Of a DNA stretch of 64,000 nucleotides, positions 38,801 to 47,201 are shown one piece after another; position 1 is the first letter of the stretch, and each line of letters opens with the position of its first letter. The notes beneath the pieces were generated by a model, which worked only from the letters and a program-made list of their open reading frames with translations, was not told the DNA's origin and ran no database searches. Where the stretch lies: assembly GCA_947628855.1 (NCBI GenBank), contig CANRBM010000001.1, positions 575 to 64,574 on the forward strand, in the 5' to 3' direction. Source of the DNA: an uncultured Clostridia bacterium (GTDB taxonomy: Bacteria; Bacillota; Clostridia; Christensenellales; CAG-917). Both the position numbers and the translations under genes were made by a program.

Positions 38801-41129
38801 GATAGGCGCATGGGCGTTTGCGGGCACAGCTTTGATGCGTGCGGAGTATCAAAGCGCGACAAAAGTCGGCGCGTGGGCGTTTGCGTACAGCGATGTCTCA
38901 AGCGCTGATCTCGGCGCATTGAAGGCACAAGACGGCGTCCCCGGCTTGGGAGATCACGCATTCTACAAAGCGTACAAGTTGGTCAGAGTCTCGCTCGCGG
39001 ACGGAACGGACGAGATAGGCGACTACGCATTCAGCACATTCGACCCGAGGCTTGACAATATGACGAGGCAGAAAGCAAGTACGACAAGCGATTATGTCAA
39101 GGTCTATGTGCGTCAAAACTATATGGACATCACGACGAGCAACAAGCTTACCACCGTGACTTTGCCGACGAGCGTCACGAAGATAGGCGCATACGCTTTC
39201 ACGGGACAATCGGGGCTCAAGACCATTGCACTCGGCAACGTTACTGAGATAGGCGACAGCGCATTCAGACTTTGCTCTTCGCTTGCAAATCTTGACCTAA
39301 AAGCGGCCGTGAATATAGGCGACTATGCGTTCTACGGCTCCGCGCTCACAGAGGTGGCGCTTGACAAGGCGCAAGTGATAGGCGCGTATGCGTTTGCGGG
39401 ATCGAGCGTAACAATGTTCAGATCTACTCCGGGCGCTTCGACACTTCCCAGCGGTTTCGACTTCAGAACGGACAGATTCATGTTCGGCGGAAAGATAGAA
39501 AGAGTTACGCTGGGCGCTGCGACAAGGATAGGAGACTTCGCATTTGCGGGCAACAGTATCAGAAACGTCGTTATCCCCGCCTCAATGAACAGTACGACAT
39601 ATGAATTTGTCGAGAATATCTACGACGAGAAAGGCAGAGTCGAAAGGTCAAGAACGCGCATCGGCAACACCTTCGGCGCGGGCGTATTCGCATACAACTC
39701 CACTATGCGCAAGATCGAAGTTGCTGAAGGCAATACTGCGTTCACGTCCATAGACGGAGTGCTGTACGCATATCAATATGAGGCAAACGACAAGGGCGAG
39801 CTCGTGAAAAACGGCAAGCTCGAACTTGTGCAATACCCGGGCGGAAAGGAAGGCAATACACGTGGCAAATATACCGTTGCGGACAACACCGCGTCCATTG
39901 CCGCGTCCGCTTTCGAGGGCGCGACTGCGAGCAGCGTGGAAGAGGTCGAACTGCCTTATACAGTCAAGATCATCGGCAGCAGCGCGTTCTATTACACTGA
40001 CATAATGAAATACACATTCAACAGCGTGCAGGCGCCTATCATTGTCGCGGCAAACGACGACGTGGCAAACGAGATGTTCAAGGGATTGTTCGCGTCGATC
40101 TACTACGGGCAGAGCAATTACTTCCCATGGCAGATAGACCCCGCAGATGGAAATATGTACCTCGACCTTGACGGCATTTATCTGACCGCGGTATACAGCA
40201 ACTTCGTGGACTATGTTCTCTATTGCAACTTCGGCAATTCGATGTTCTCTTTCAGGGACGAGGTCAAGGCCGATATGCCGATAACCTTCAATGTCCCGGA
40301 GAACGGCGTAGGATATGACAGTGCGCTATTTAATGCATATGTCACGACGGTGACGAAGTCAGAGAACAAACCCGATGACACAACGTACGAAGCCATCAAT
40401 AAGATAGAGGCGCTGGATGAGGCTTTGAAAGATGTAGATTTCCAAAGCTTGACGGTGGCACAGTTGTCGGAGGACAGCAAGATAGGCAAGTTAGTCAAAG
40501 AGGTGCGCGCGGCGTACAACACCGTCACGAAATCGGATCAGCTGAAAGTACTTGAAAACTTCAACGGCAAAAACTACTACGATATACTTGTCAAGTATGA
40601 AACGGCGTTGCGCGAGGCGAGGAATGCGAGCGGTGATGCCAACTTGAAGATCACGCTCAAAGAGGTATCTGTGTTCTCTCCACCCGTGAAGAACAAATAT
40701 AATAATGGCGACAGTTTCGATCCCGCCGGCATGGTCATCAAAGTAGTCTACAGCGACGGCTCCGAGATAAAGATCTCGGACAACTACGCAGAGAACGGCA
40801 TCACGGTCAAGAACCCGCTCATCGACACAACCAGCAAAGCATACACAATAAGTATCGAGTATAAGGACAATTTGACAAACGAAACAAAAGAGGTACAATT
40901 GAGCATCCAGGTCGAGAATTCGTCGAGTCCTAGCGGTCCGAGCGGTCCGAGCGGTCCCAGCGGTCCGGCCGATCCGAGCGGTCCGTCCGATCCGAGCGGA
41001 AACGAGGGCGCAAACAACAACTCGTCTCTGCCCACTTGGGCAATAGCCGTCATAGCTGTCGGCGCGGCGCTTGTCGTGGCGGCGGTCGCCGTGACTGTCA
41101 TCCTCGTGCTCAAGAAGAAGAAAGTTTGA
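32847..41129 (+). CDS. giant cell-surface subtilisin (S8) protease fused to BspA-type LRR arrays, with an Ig-like domain and C-terminal membrane anchor (~2760 aa)
   Basis: Catalytic triad contexts: AILDTGLD, HGTHVAGIVAG, SGTSMASPNMAG. PA-domain-like GTIALIKRGDTSFEEKV. More than 20 LRR units of the IGxxAFxGCxxL type. C-terminal (SGP)n linker, TM helix and KKKKV. The ATG at 32847 follows GGAGG. Confidence 0.85.
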   Translation: MNRTKILGRISLVLVAVLVFTAVFNMAYTGVINFGGGSADPAGVATASSSIQKSDMNMDSIREKYLNFETVEKNTAAFDGERWVIVELDASSLYDEFKKNTRFTDLTEYLKSVEAQKALASLRAKQSRFLTKLDKYGIDYTFKYNYSTLSAGVAIKINASAYNTIAAMSGVKGVYYSESYAVPEYTAVENDANVYSTGIYDTKDLINVDTNGDNVKETYQGQGMAVAILDTGLDRTHEAFDVKTFKENLKEAGSENELHFNKQQIADLLSQKVFNAEQFGAGVNDVYYNEKVPFAFDYADDDPEVFPGYSNHGTHVAGIVAGQSDYIVNEETKETFRGVAPLAQLVICKVFTDNLYSDTLGGANDIDIVAALDDCVKLGVDVINMSLGTSAGFADEKSKSYQENVYYKIREAGISLVCAASNDYSSGYGGGNGTNLASNPDSGTVGSPSSYYTALSVASINGKKSKYLQGNNDTEQVAFITNASDGDGNRIEFIEELYKQLEEKYGDASKDLRGGEVFDKELGKTNLNLKYVLVGGVGRPNNYSATIRNQLRTRTYNGEPVDGTIALIKRGDTSFEEKVQEAMSNGADAVIIYNNVSGTINMSLGEVNDPVPTCLITMDASAPFVDFAQSHGNIGTVQVADSFEAGPFMSDFSSWGPVSNLTLKPEITAHGGEITSAVPGAYDVLSGTSMASPNMAGAVAVLRQYLQKTTELTGNELNARVNQVLMSTATIARNEEGNPYSPRKQGAGLAGISDAVFSEGYITVKANEKIYSKDNAATKYSIVADEKGVEWLDKTKLELLDDPDRKGEYELKFTVHNTSKETQIYAPTTYVMTETLASDKRTVAEKAYMLTDMCDIVYSGAGYADGKITVQAGQSVEITVKITLQQAAKDYFEQTLSRTVIGTNGRPTSVSYKPFANGMYVEGFVSLDNVTYKDQPDHKDGVTLGVPYLAFYGKWIDAPLFDYDIYEVSEIEANSAIDFENKLKTTSLASQVIGMYHNDDYIIPLGSYLYEIDEEEDDIYPARDKIALSQYDREGSYTVYELYAAYAGLLRNASQVKTTVTNAKTGEVVYEEILNNVGKAYSAGGGNRGAFVRYEINPSEWGWQNNDEFYFKVEGWLDYSNDNKPLDYTNEINPAQSQAVDDEILTAWTGKRNTFEFPLTIDYETPQITDYKIRFDSYKEYGVTKYRTYLDLDVYDNQYVMAVLPCYLKEEKEGKLGTYLNLLTEYPIPVYGEKGGTSKVSIDITDYYEEYVLNADNNGDKSLYIQVEDYAMNSEVYVIYLDEDSLSYPEDPEQITFVSDSKLQQTDRLEKNVDGTFYHTYTLTLKPFELYKLNVPSAIEKEYITQNLTWQGANDCVLVQGDEIFALRSGWPAKLELYATMTREVGNSSEEYDRVYAEISVQVESGPKQSMPSASSLNFKPVHAGDNHIVNLDGLATVEVNPNQNSDDEPFVLEPYISPWYFEAAYKEETGKDFEFEWRSANVDIATVENGKVTFIKHGNVNITCSAADKDNYRYLNKSVNFAVGEDYYVNNYYLYEWYGGQKVELPSDVNVFYLSDECFRNDTKITEVVLPDMLMEIPDFAFQNCTNLKTITIPSQCAYIGPHAFDGCTSLETVIFPAYVDSNKDPVPGYYGSIAVGHYAFRNCTSLKNFVTGELNSEGKLDLNKISHRMTVMYDGAFSGCTGLESIDLSKLRVVGTGVFAGCTGLQSVTTTASTAFGPYMFDGCVKLNNIKFEGSTLPAYAFNGCTGLTNFTFGNQTLLGIGDYALAGTGISTIKLPAGEYTVGSGAFANCASLKTVTVDQGAKLTFTGENPFKGCNGLTYAVEGTGEAYKVDTDGALYSFDGKTVISVPSDKANYTLPEGVTTIGDGALSGSAVTTLDLTNITNIGKYAFAGSKLTSINWPAGIEEIPEGAFSGCTNLATVTGLDNVKKVGAYAFEGCTSLAELTFNTVTEVGDHAFDMMDHMSMKAAKNKLKTVNATNLQKIGAWAFAGTALMRAEYQSATKVGAWAFAYSDVSSADLGALKAQDGVPGLGDHAFYKAYKLVRVSLADGTDEIGDYAFSTFDPRLDNMTRQKASTTSDYVKVYVRQNYMDITTSNKLTTVTLPTSVTKIGAYAFTGQSGLKTIALGNVTEIGDSAFRLCSSLANLDLKAAVNIGDYAFYGSALTEVALDKAQVIGAYAFAGSSVTMFRSTPGASTLPSGFDFRTDRFMFGGKIERVTLGAATRIGDFAFAGNSIRNVVIPASMNSTTYEFVENIYDEKGRVERSRTRIGNTFGAGVFAYNSTMRKIEVAEGNTAFTSIDGVLYAYQYEANDKGELVKNGKLELVQYPGGKEGNTRGKYTVADNTASIAASAFEGATASSVEEVELPYTVKIIGSSAFYYTDIMKYTFNSVQAPIIVAANDDVANEMFKGLFASIYYGQSNYFPWQIDPADGNMYLDLDGIYLTAVYSNFVDYVLYCNFGNSMFSFRDEVKADMPITFNVPENGVGYDSALFNAYVTTVTKSENKPDDTTYEAINKIEALDEALKDVDFQSLTVAQLSEDSKIGKLVKEVRAAYNTVTKSDQLKVLENFNGKNYYDILVKYETALREARNASGDANLKITLKEVSVFSPPVKNKYNNGDSFDPAGMVIKVVYSDGSEIKISDNYAENGITVKNPLIDTTSKAYTISIEYKDNLTNETKEVQLSIQVENSSSPSGPSGPSGPSGPADPSGPSDPSGNEGANNNSSLPTWAIAVIAVGAALVVAAVAVTVILVLKKKKV
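40932..41000 (+). repeat. 9-bp in-frame tandem repeat (agcggtccg)n encoding (SGP)n
   Basis: About 7.5 consecutive 9-mers with few substitutions. Confidence 0.9.
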
Positions 41130-41140
41130 GTCAAAACATA

Positions 41141-41285
41141 GCGCGTATATGCGCGCCGTGAGCGCGCGTATACGCACGAAATAAGGTAAAGCGTACGTGC
41201 GATAGAAAAGCGCGTGTGCAATAAAAAAGCACGTATGCGCGGTGGAAAGTAAGGCGCGTCTGCGCTATGGCGGGTGCAAATGCAC
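41141..41285. repeat. array of about 7 short purine-pyrimidine-alternating dyads
   Basis: gcgcgtatatgcgcgc, gcgcgcgtatacgcac, gcgtacgtgc, gcgcgtgtgca, gcacgtatgcgc, ggcgcgtctgcgc, gtgcaaatgcac, at roughly 20-27 bp spacing. Confidence 0.7.
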
Positions 41286-41316
41286 TTCGCAAAACGACCT
41301 TGATAGGAAGTAAAGT

Positions 41317-42483
41317 ATGAGAGCAAAACGAAATTTCAAGATCAAGTTGCTTATATGTTGTCTGACGGTTTTGTTGCTTGGCACATTGCTTGTTGCATGC
41401 AACGATTATAAGCCCGATCACTATGACTATCTTGTGACGTTCTGTTACAATTTGGGCGACGATATAAGCGGCAACGCTCCCGACGTATACCTCGGCGTGC
41501 TCGACCCTGAAGGGGACGGCGCGTATGTGGGCATACGTCCCGGCTACGACCCCGATACGTTCAGCGAGGCATCAATTGCAGGTTACTATCTTGATGGCTG
41601 GTATTGGCCAAAGCTCGACGAGAAAAAAAATCCCGTCATGGACGAGCACGGCAGAGTCATGCTGGACAAGGAGTTTAACTTCAAACAGGACAAGATAGAG
41701 AAAGATACCACGTTGTATGCCAAGCTGTTGGAAAGTCCTAAAATATTCTTTAAGGATGCGGACACAGATGAGACCATCAGCATGATAGACGGCAAAAAAC
41801 CCGGCACGCAAAGGGCGAAGCCATCCACTTCGCTCGCTCCGAAAAAGGAGGTCGACGGCGAAACTTACACGTTTTTGGGCAAATATTATTGGGATAAGGC
41901 GTGCACGCAGGAGTTCTCATTCCCGTATACATTCGGGAAGGATAGTGTCAATGTCTATTGCAAGTTTGTAAAGGGCGAATGGACGCTCGTTGAAACAGTG
42001 AAGGACTTCAACAACGCCGTCGTCAAAGGGGAAAACATCTATTTGATGAACGACCTAGATTTTGCGGGACAGTCCTATACGCCGCGAAACTACAATGGGG
42101 AACTCAACGGCAATAACCATACAATAAAAAACATTTCCATGAGTTATAACCTAAATAGGAATAACAACGGCACAAATATCGGCATATTCGGCACGCTTAT
42201 GGCAGGATCGTACATTCACGACATCACCTTTGAGGGCGTGACGATCAAGATCGAGACGACGTATACAGGCATAATTGGAGTGAACATCGGTTCCCTCGCT
42301 GGAGAGGCGAAAGAAGGCGCAAGGATGAATAACATCAAAATTTCGGGGCAGATGACCTGCGACGAAAATACGCATTTGGCGGAAGATGATCAACTTATCG
42401 CGCTTGACACGTTCATCGCCCTCAACAATGCAAAAGCGGATCAAATCGTCAACTGTGACTACAGTGGCGTAACATTGACATAA
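41317..42483 (+). CDS. lipoprotein with InlB-B-type repeat and possible GLUG-like repeats (388 aa)
   Basis: Lipobox LVAC. YYLDGWYW...FNF..D.I..DTTLYAKL repeat. The GLUG assignment (NIGIFGTL..., IGSLAGEA...) is tentative. Confidence 0.65.
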   Translation: MRAKRNFKIKLLICCLTVLLLGTLLVACNDYKPDHYDYLVTFCYNLGDDISGNAPDVYLGVLDPEGDGAYVGIRPGYDPDTFSEASIAGYYLDGWYWPKLDEKKNPVMDEHGRVMLDKEFNFKQDKIEKDTTLYAKLLESPKIFFKDADTDETISMIDGKKPGTQRAKPSTSLAPKKEVDGETYTFLGKYYWDKACTQEFSFPYTFGKDSVNVYCKFVKGEWTLVETVKDFNNAVVKGENIYLMNDLDFAGQSYTPRNYNGELNGNNHTIKNISMSYNLNRNNNGTNIGIFGTLMAGSYIHDITFEGVTIKIETTYTGIIGVNIGSLAGEAKEGARMNNIKISGQMTCDENTHLAEDDQLIALDTFIALNNAKADQIVNCDYSGVTLT

Positions 42484-42514
42484 TTATCCTGATAAGGAGC
42501 AAGGAGGCAGTAAT

Positions 42515-45394
42515 ATGAAAAATGCAAAGAAATGGCTTGGTGTGTTGGTCATAGTCATGCTTGTCAGCGCGCTGGTGGTGGGTATGGTCGCATGCGACCC
42601 CAAAAAACCCAGTAACAACGGCGACTATTACAACGACACCACCGCATTCTCAATGAGCATTCAAACCCCGGACGGCGTTTTCAACCCGTTCTTCTCCACG
42701 TCTGCATACGACAGCAGCGTCATTTCAATGACGCAAATCAGCATGTTCAACACCGACAAGGAGGGCAACCTCATCACGGGTAGCGATCAGCCTACGGTCG
42801 CGCTTGCCTTTAAACAGCAGCCGAAGGACAGCGAGGGCAATCCCACGAGCGACGAAATTGCCGCGCAAAACGGCTATACGGACTATGAGATACTCATCAA
42901 AAACGGCATCAAGTTCTCTGACGGCCGCGATTTGACAATAAAGGACGTACTTTTCAACCTGTATGTCTATCTCGATCCCGTGTTCACAGGCTCTGCGACT
43001 ATCTACTCTACGGATATTGTCGGACTCAATGCGTACAGGACTCAAGAGAAGAACGATCTGGGCGAGGAGGGGATGAACAACTTCGAGAAACAGTTCTATA
43101 CAGGCGCAAACACCTATCTCACACAACTTGTCGCATGGGTCAACAAATATAAAGGTGTGCAGGCAGATAAAAACCCCAACGCACCAAGTGTTTGGGATGG
43201 GCATGCGTGGAATGAGAAGACGTTCAAGTATGGAATGGATCAAGGTTTTGATACTGTTGATGTCACATTTGAAGAGCTTGCAAACAAAGTGAACCACGTT
43301 GCGTCGCTCTATCATGACGAGCTTGTCTCCGACTGGAACGCCATCAACATGGAGGACTATGAAAAATGGCCCGACTTCACCGAGCCGTGGCAGGTGTTTG
43401 TCCTCAATGACATGGGCGCAACGGATATCCTTCGCACCCTCGATGGCTCAAATACGCTCGACAGGACAGAGGACGGCACCTACAAACTGAACGTTGAGTA
43501 TGCGCAGCAACAATATTATGATTTGATCGTAAGCGAAGCTATTGACAGCATGCCCGCCGGCCCCGACAAGGACAACGCCATCCGTGACGCATTTGTCAAG
43601 TCGCAATTTGAGACGGTTTTCGGCGAGGCGACAAAAGATAGTGACGGCAATTATATAGTCGACGTCGAAAAGATGGGCAGTGCCGATCTCTTTGAGCAAG
43701 TCGTCAATTATTGGGGCACAGCATCCACGCTTATGGATGAGCTTGTCGCAGAAGTCAAGACGAACTATTTCAAAGACTCCGGCACTTCGCAAGGTCTCAA
43801 AGTCCCCAATATCACAGGTATCACCGTCGCAAAAGTCAAATCCTTCACGGGCAAGCAATCTGTCGTTTCGGGCACGCCCGACGTGACCATAAACGGAGAG
43901 CACTATGTCTTGAAGATCCGCATCAACAAGGTGGACCCCAAGGCGCTCATGAACTTTGCCTTCACCGTAGCGCCCATGCACTATTATTCCAACGATACAC
44001 AAGTCAACCTTGTCAATGAGGACTGGAAAAGATGGGAAGCCGCAGGCGCAAAGGAAAATGAGTTCAACAACTATGTCACACACTTTGGACTCAAGTATGC
44101 GGATACCGATTTCATGAACAACGAGATCAACGCGCCTTCCAAGATAGTCAAGCCCCTTGGCGCAGGCGCGTATCAAGCGAGCAATGACAACGGTGAAGAA
44201 AATTTCTACAATGTCACAGGCGGCGGTCGCGGAACCGGCTTCTATGACAGCAACATGATTTTCTACACCCGCAACAACTATTTCTGGACGGTAGGCGCAG
44301 ATGGTACAAACGGCTTGAGCGATCAAGAAAATAGCGGTCTGCACAACGCTTACATCAAAAAAGCAGTCTACAAAGTTGTCGCTCAAGATCAGATCATTTC
44401 GGCGCTTGCGCGCGGCGATATCCTCTTCGGAGATCCCAGTGCGACATATGAGAACCAGGACGAACTTGTTCGTGCGGGTCTCACGGTCGTCAAGACCAAA
44501 ACCGCGGGCTACGGCTACATCGGCGTCAATCCCCGCTATGTCCCCGATTATCAGGTGCGTCAAGCCATCATGATGGCAATGGACATCGACGGCACAATGA
44601 TCAATGACTATTACAAGGGCGGCTTCGCAGATCGTATCACAAGACCTATGTCCAACACTAGCTGGGCATATCCCTGGGACGCAGAGCCAGAGTATGATTT
44701 TAATGACTACAAGAATCAAGATGGCGTGCTTGACGCAGCAGGTGAAGAAAGGCTCGGTCAAGACATAAGAACCCTTGTGGAACAAGCAGGTTACTCACTC
44801 GTTGGCGGCGTGTATCAAAAAGGGACTCAAAAACTCGAGATCAAGTTTACGATCGCCGGCGGCTCTACGGATCACCCAGCATACAGCTGCTTCCTCAATG
44901 CGCAGAGGATACTCAACAACAATGGATTCAATGTGCAGGTCGTCACATCCGCACAGGCGCTTACCGACCTCTCCGCGGGCAAGCTCGCAGTTTGGGCTGC
45001 AGCGTGGAGCAGCGCGATAGACCCCGATATGTATCAAGTGTATCACATCAACTCTCAGGCAAGTTCCACGAGCAACTGGGGCTACAAGCAGATCAAAGCG
45101 GACACTGAGAAGTATTCTTATGAGTATGGCAAAATAACCGAACTCAGCGAAAAGATAGACGCTGCGCGCGAGACGACCGATCAAGACAACCGCAAGGAGA
45201 TATATGCCGAGTGCCTCGACCTTGTTATGGATCTCGCAGTAGAGCTTCCGACATACAACCGTTATGACCTTGCCGCGTACAACTCCAAGTATATCGACTC
45301 AAGTTCGCTGCCGAGGCACAACACACAAAACAATGACGAAGTAAGCTCGTACTACGGACTGCTCTCCCGCATATGGGACGTGAGGTTTGTCTGA
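42515..45394 (+). CDS. family-5 (Opp/Dpp-type) ABC substrate-binding lipoprotein, oversized (959 aa)
   Basis: Lipobox MVAC. SBP_bac_5-like blocks (IKFSDGRDLTIKDV, GYGYIGVNPRY, VRQAIMMAMD). Confidence 0.8.
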   Translation: MKNAKKWLGVLVIVMLVSALVVGMVACDPKKPSNNGDYYNDTTAFSMSIQTPDGVFNPFFSTSAYDSSVISMTQISMFNTDKEGNLITGSDQPTVALAFKQQPKDSEGNPTSDEIAAQNGYTDYEILIKNGIKFSDGRDLTIKDVLFNLYVYLDPVFTGSATIYSTDIVGLNAYRTQEKNDLGEEGMNNFEKQFYTGANTYLTQLVAWVNKYKGVQADKNPNAPSVWDGHAWNEKTFKYGMDQGFDTVDVTFEELANKVNHVASLYHDELVSDWNAINMEDYEKWPDFTEPWQVFVLNDMGATDILRTLDGSNTLDRTEDGTYKLNVEYAQQQYYDLIVSEAIDSMPAGPDKDNAIRDAFVKSQFETVFGEATKDSDGNYIVDVEKMGSADLFEQVVNYWGTASTLMDELVAEVKTNYFKDSGTSQGLKVPNITGITVAKVKSFTGKQSVVSGTPDVTINGEHYVLKIRINKVDPKALMNFAFTVAPMHYYSNDTQVNLVNEDWKRWEAAGAKENEFNNYVTHFGLKYADTDFMNNEINAPSKIVKPLGAGAYQASNDNGEENFYNVTGGGRGTGFYDSNMIFYTRNNYFWTVGADGTNGLSDQENSGLHNAYIKKAVYKVVAQDQIISALARGDILFGDPSATYENQDELVRAGLTVVKTKTAGYGYIGVNPRYVPDYQVRQAIMMAMDIDGTMINDYYKGGFADRITRPMSNTSWAYPWDAEPEYDFNDYKNQDGVLDAAGEERLGQDIRTLVEQAGYSLVGGVYQKGTQKLEIKFTIAGGSTDHPAYSCFLNAQRILNNNGFNVQVVTSAQALTDLSAGKLAVWAAAWSSAIDPDMYQVYHINSQASSTSNWGYKQIKADTEKYSYEYGKITELSEKIDAARETTDQDNRKEIYAECLDLVMDLAVELPTYNRYDLAAYNSKYIDSSSLPRHNTQNNDEVSSYYGLLSRIWDVRFV

Positions 45395-45436
45395 TATCGT
45401 AATGTAACAACATCCCGACTTTGGGATATCCTAAAA

Positions 45437-45467
45437 CGTCTGCCGAAACGTATCGCTTCGGCAGACG
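45437..45467 (+). other. strong intercistronic stem-loop after the substrate-binding protein (SBP) gene, with no T-run
   Basis: 11-bp perfect stem cgtctgccgaa/ttcggcagacg. Confidence 0.6.
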
Positions 45468-45488
45468 CCTAAAAAGGAAGGACTTTTT

Positions 45489-47192
45489 ATGGAAACTATA
45501 AAGTACATCGTCAAGCGACTGTTGCTTGCACTTTTGATACTGTTTGGCGTTTCGATAATCATTTACGGGCTTGCCCGTATGATGCCTACCGATTTTGTCG
45601 ATCAGCAGTTTCAAGGCGCGATCTCGCAGGGTACGATGAAACAGGAGGACCTTGACCGTATCAAGGAGCTGTACGGACTCAATATGCCCGACGCATACCT
45701 CGAGTTCACCCCGGGCGAGGGCAGTAAGTACAGCGGAGAGAAGTTCACCCGCAACACAAAGGAAGTCATCTATGAAGAAGACGTCCTGCTCGGCGGCATC
45801 TCCTATGCGGAGTGGTACACGGGCGACTACAGCGGAAGAGGCGATCATCGCGTCAAATTTGACGCACCGAATGCGACTCGTTTTATTGCGAATAAAGATA
45901 CCGGCGCGACTGTCACTTGCACGCTTAATTCGGGGATACTGTCCGTGCGCGTAGACGGCAGCGGCAGCGGCATCAGGTCTAATACCTTCAGACCTTTGGA
46001 TGGAGAGGCAAGGCTTGAGACGACGTGGCGTGCGGATGACGGCACACTGCTTTCCTTCAACAAAGGCATAGCGACTTATACGGCGCAGGGCACGGAAGCC
46101 CCCAGACAATTCCAATATACATATTGCGGCACCATTCGGTTTGGCGTAGGCACACAAAGAGTGCAAGAGGCAGAGGAAGAAGGAGACGAGATCTCCGTTG
46201 TCGAAGAGTTCGAGGCCATAGAGACGGGGACTTATGAGATGGAGTATGCCGACAAATCGGAAGATGAGAATGGGAAAACAGTCATCGGACGGAACAAGAT
46301 ACTCCAACTCAAGGTCACTGCGGGCATTTCCAACCCCATAAACTATGAAGTCAAGGTCAACTATCGCCTTGCGACTTTTTGGGATAAGGCGGGCAGTGTG
46401 CTCAAGAGCTATTTCAATTGGCTGGGCAACATGTTGAAGGGCGACCTTGGCACTTCCTTCAAGTATAAGAGACCCGTTGCGGACGTCATCCTTGACAATA
46501 TGGGCATCTCTTTCGCGATCGCTTTCATCGCGACTATATTGCAATTTCTCATCGCGATACCGCTCGGCATAAAGGCGGCGGTCAATCAGTACGGCGTTAT
46601 CGACTATACCGTCACGATATTTACGATGATAGGCATAAGCTTGCCGACATTCTTCCTCGGCGCTCTGTTCATAAGAGTGTTCGCCGTCGGCCTCGGCTGG
46701 TTTGAAGTCGGAGGCTTGATGTCCGCGTCGCTCGCAGGTTCGGGCGCAAGCTGGATAGTGAGGCTGGGCGATCAGCTGTGGCATATGATCCTGCCTATGG
46801 CGGTGCTCGTCATTCTCTCAATCGGCGGACTCATGCGCTATACGAGGACGAACACCCTCGAGGCGCTCAACGCCGACTATGTGCGTACCGCAAGGGCGAA
46901 GGGCTTGAGCGAAAAGTCCGTCATCTATAAACACGCCTTCCGCAACACGCTCGTCCCGCTTGTCACTCTGCTTGCGGGCACCCTGCCAAGCTTGTTCGGC
47001 GGCGCTATGATAACGGAGACCGTCTTTGCCATCCCCGGCATAGGCAAGCTCGCATATGACGCGCTCGTCGTCGCGGATGTGCCGTTTATCATGGGTTACA
47101 ATATGTTCCTCGCCGTTATGACGGTTTTGGGCACGTTGCTCAGCGACTTGATGTACGCGGTCGTAGACCCGCGCGTCAAGATAGGAAAGTAG
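45489..47192 (+). CDS. Opp/Dpp-type ABC permease (OppB-like) with a ~250-aa extracytoplasmic insertion
   Basis: N-terminal IVKRLLLALLILFGVSIIIY. BPD_transp_1 region with the EAA-like motif YVRTARAKGLSEKSVIYKHAFRN. Confidence 0.85.
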   Translation: METIKYIVKRLLLALLILFGVSIIIYGLARMMPTDFVDQQFQGAISQGTMKQEDLDRIKELYGLNMPDAYLEFTPGEGSKYSGEKFTRNTKEVIYEEDVLLGGISYAEWYTGDYSGRGDHRVKFDAPNATRFIANKDTGATVTCTLNSGILSVRVDGSGSGIRSNTFRPLDGEARLETTWRADDGTLLSFNKGIATYTAQGTEAPRQFQYTYCGTIRFGVGTQRVQEAEEEGDEISVVEEFEAIETGTYEMEYADKSEDENGKTVIGRNKILQLKVTAGISNPINYEVKVNYRLATFWDKAGSVLKSYFNWLGNMLKGDLGTSFKYKRPVADVILDNMGISFAIAFIATILQFLIAIPLGIKAAVNQYGVIDYTVTIFTMIGISLPTFFLGALFIRVFAVGLGWFEVGGLMSASLAGSGASWIVRLGDQLWHMILPMAVLVILSIGGLMRYTRTNTLEALNADYVRTARAKGLSEKSVIYKHAFRNTLVPLVTLLAGTLPSLFGGAMITETVFAIPGIGKLAYDALVVADVPFIMGYNMFLAVMTVLGTLLSDLMYAVVDPRVKIGK

Positions 47193-47201
47193 GAGGACGC
47201 T

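Noticed and set aside
41020-41129. Sortase LPxTG cell-wall sorting signal at the C-terminus of the giant protease
   Set aside because: The sequence is LPTWA, not LPxTG. Only the hydrophobic helix plus KKKKV tail resemble a sorting signal, so I call it a plain C-terminal membrane anchor pending evidence.
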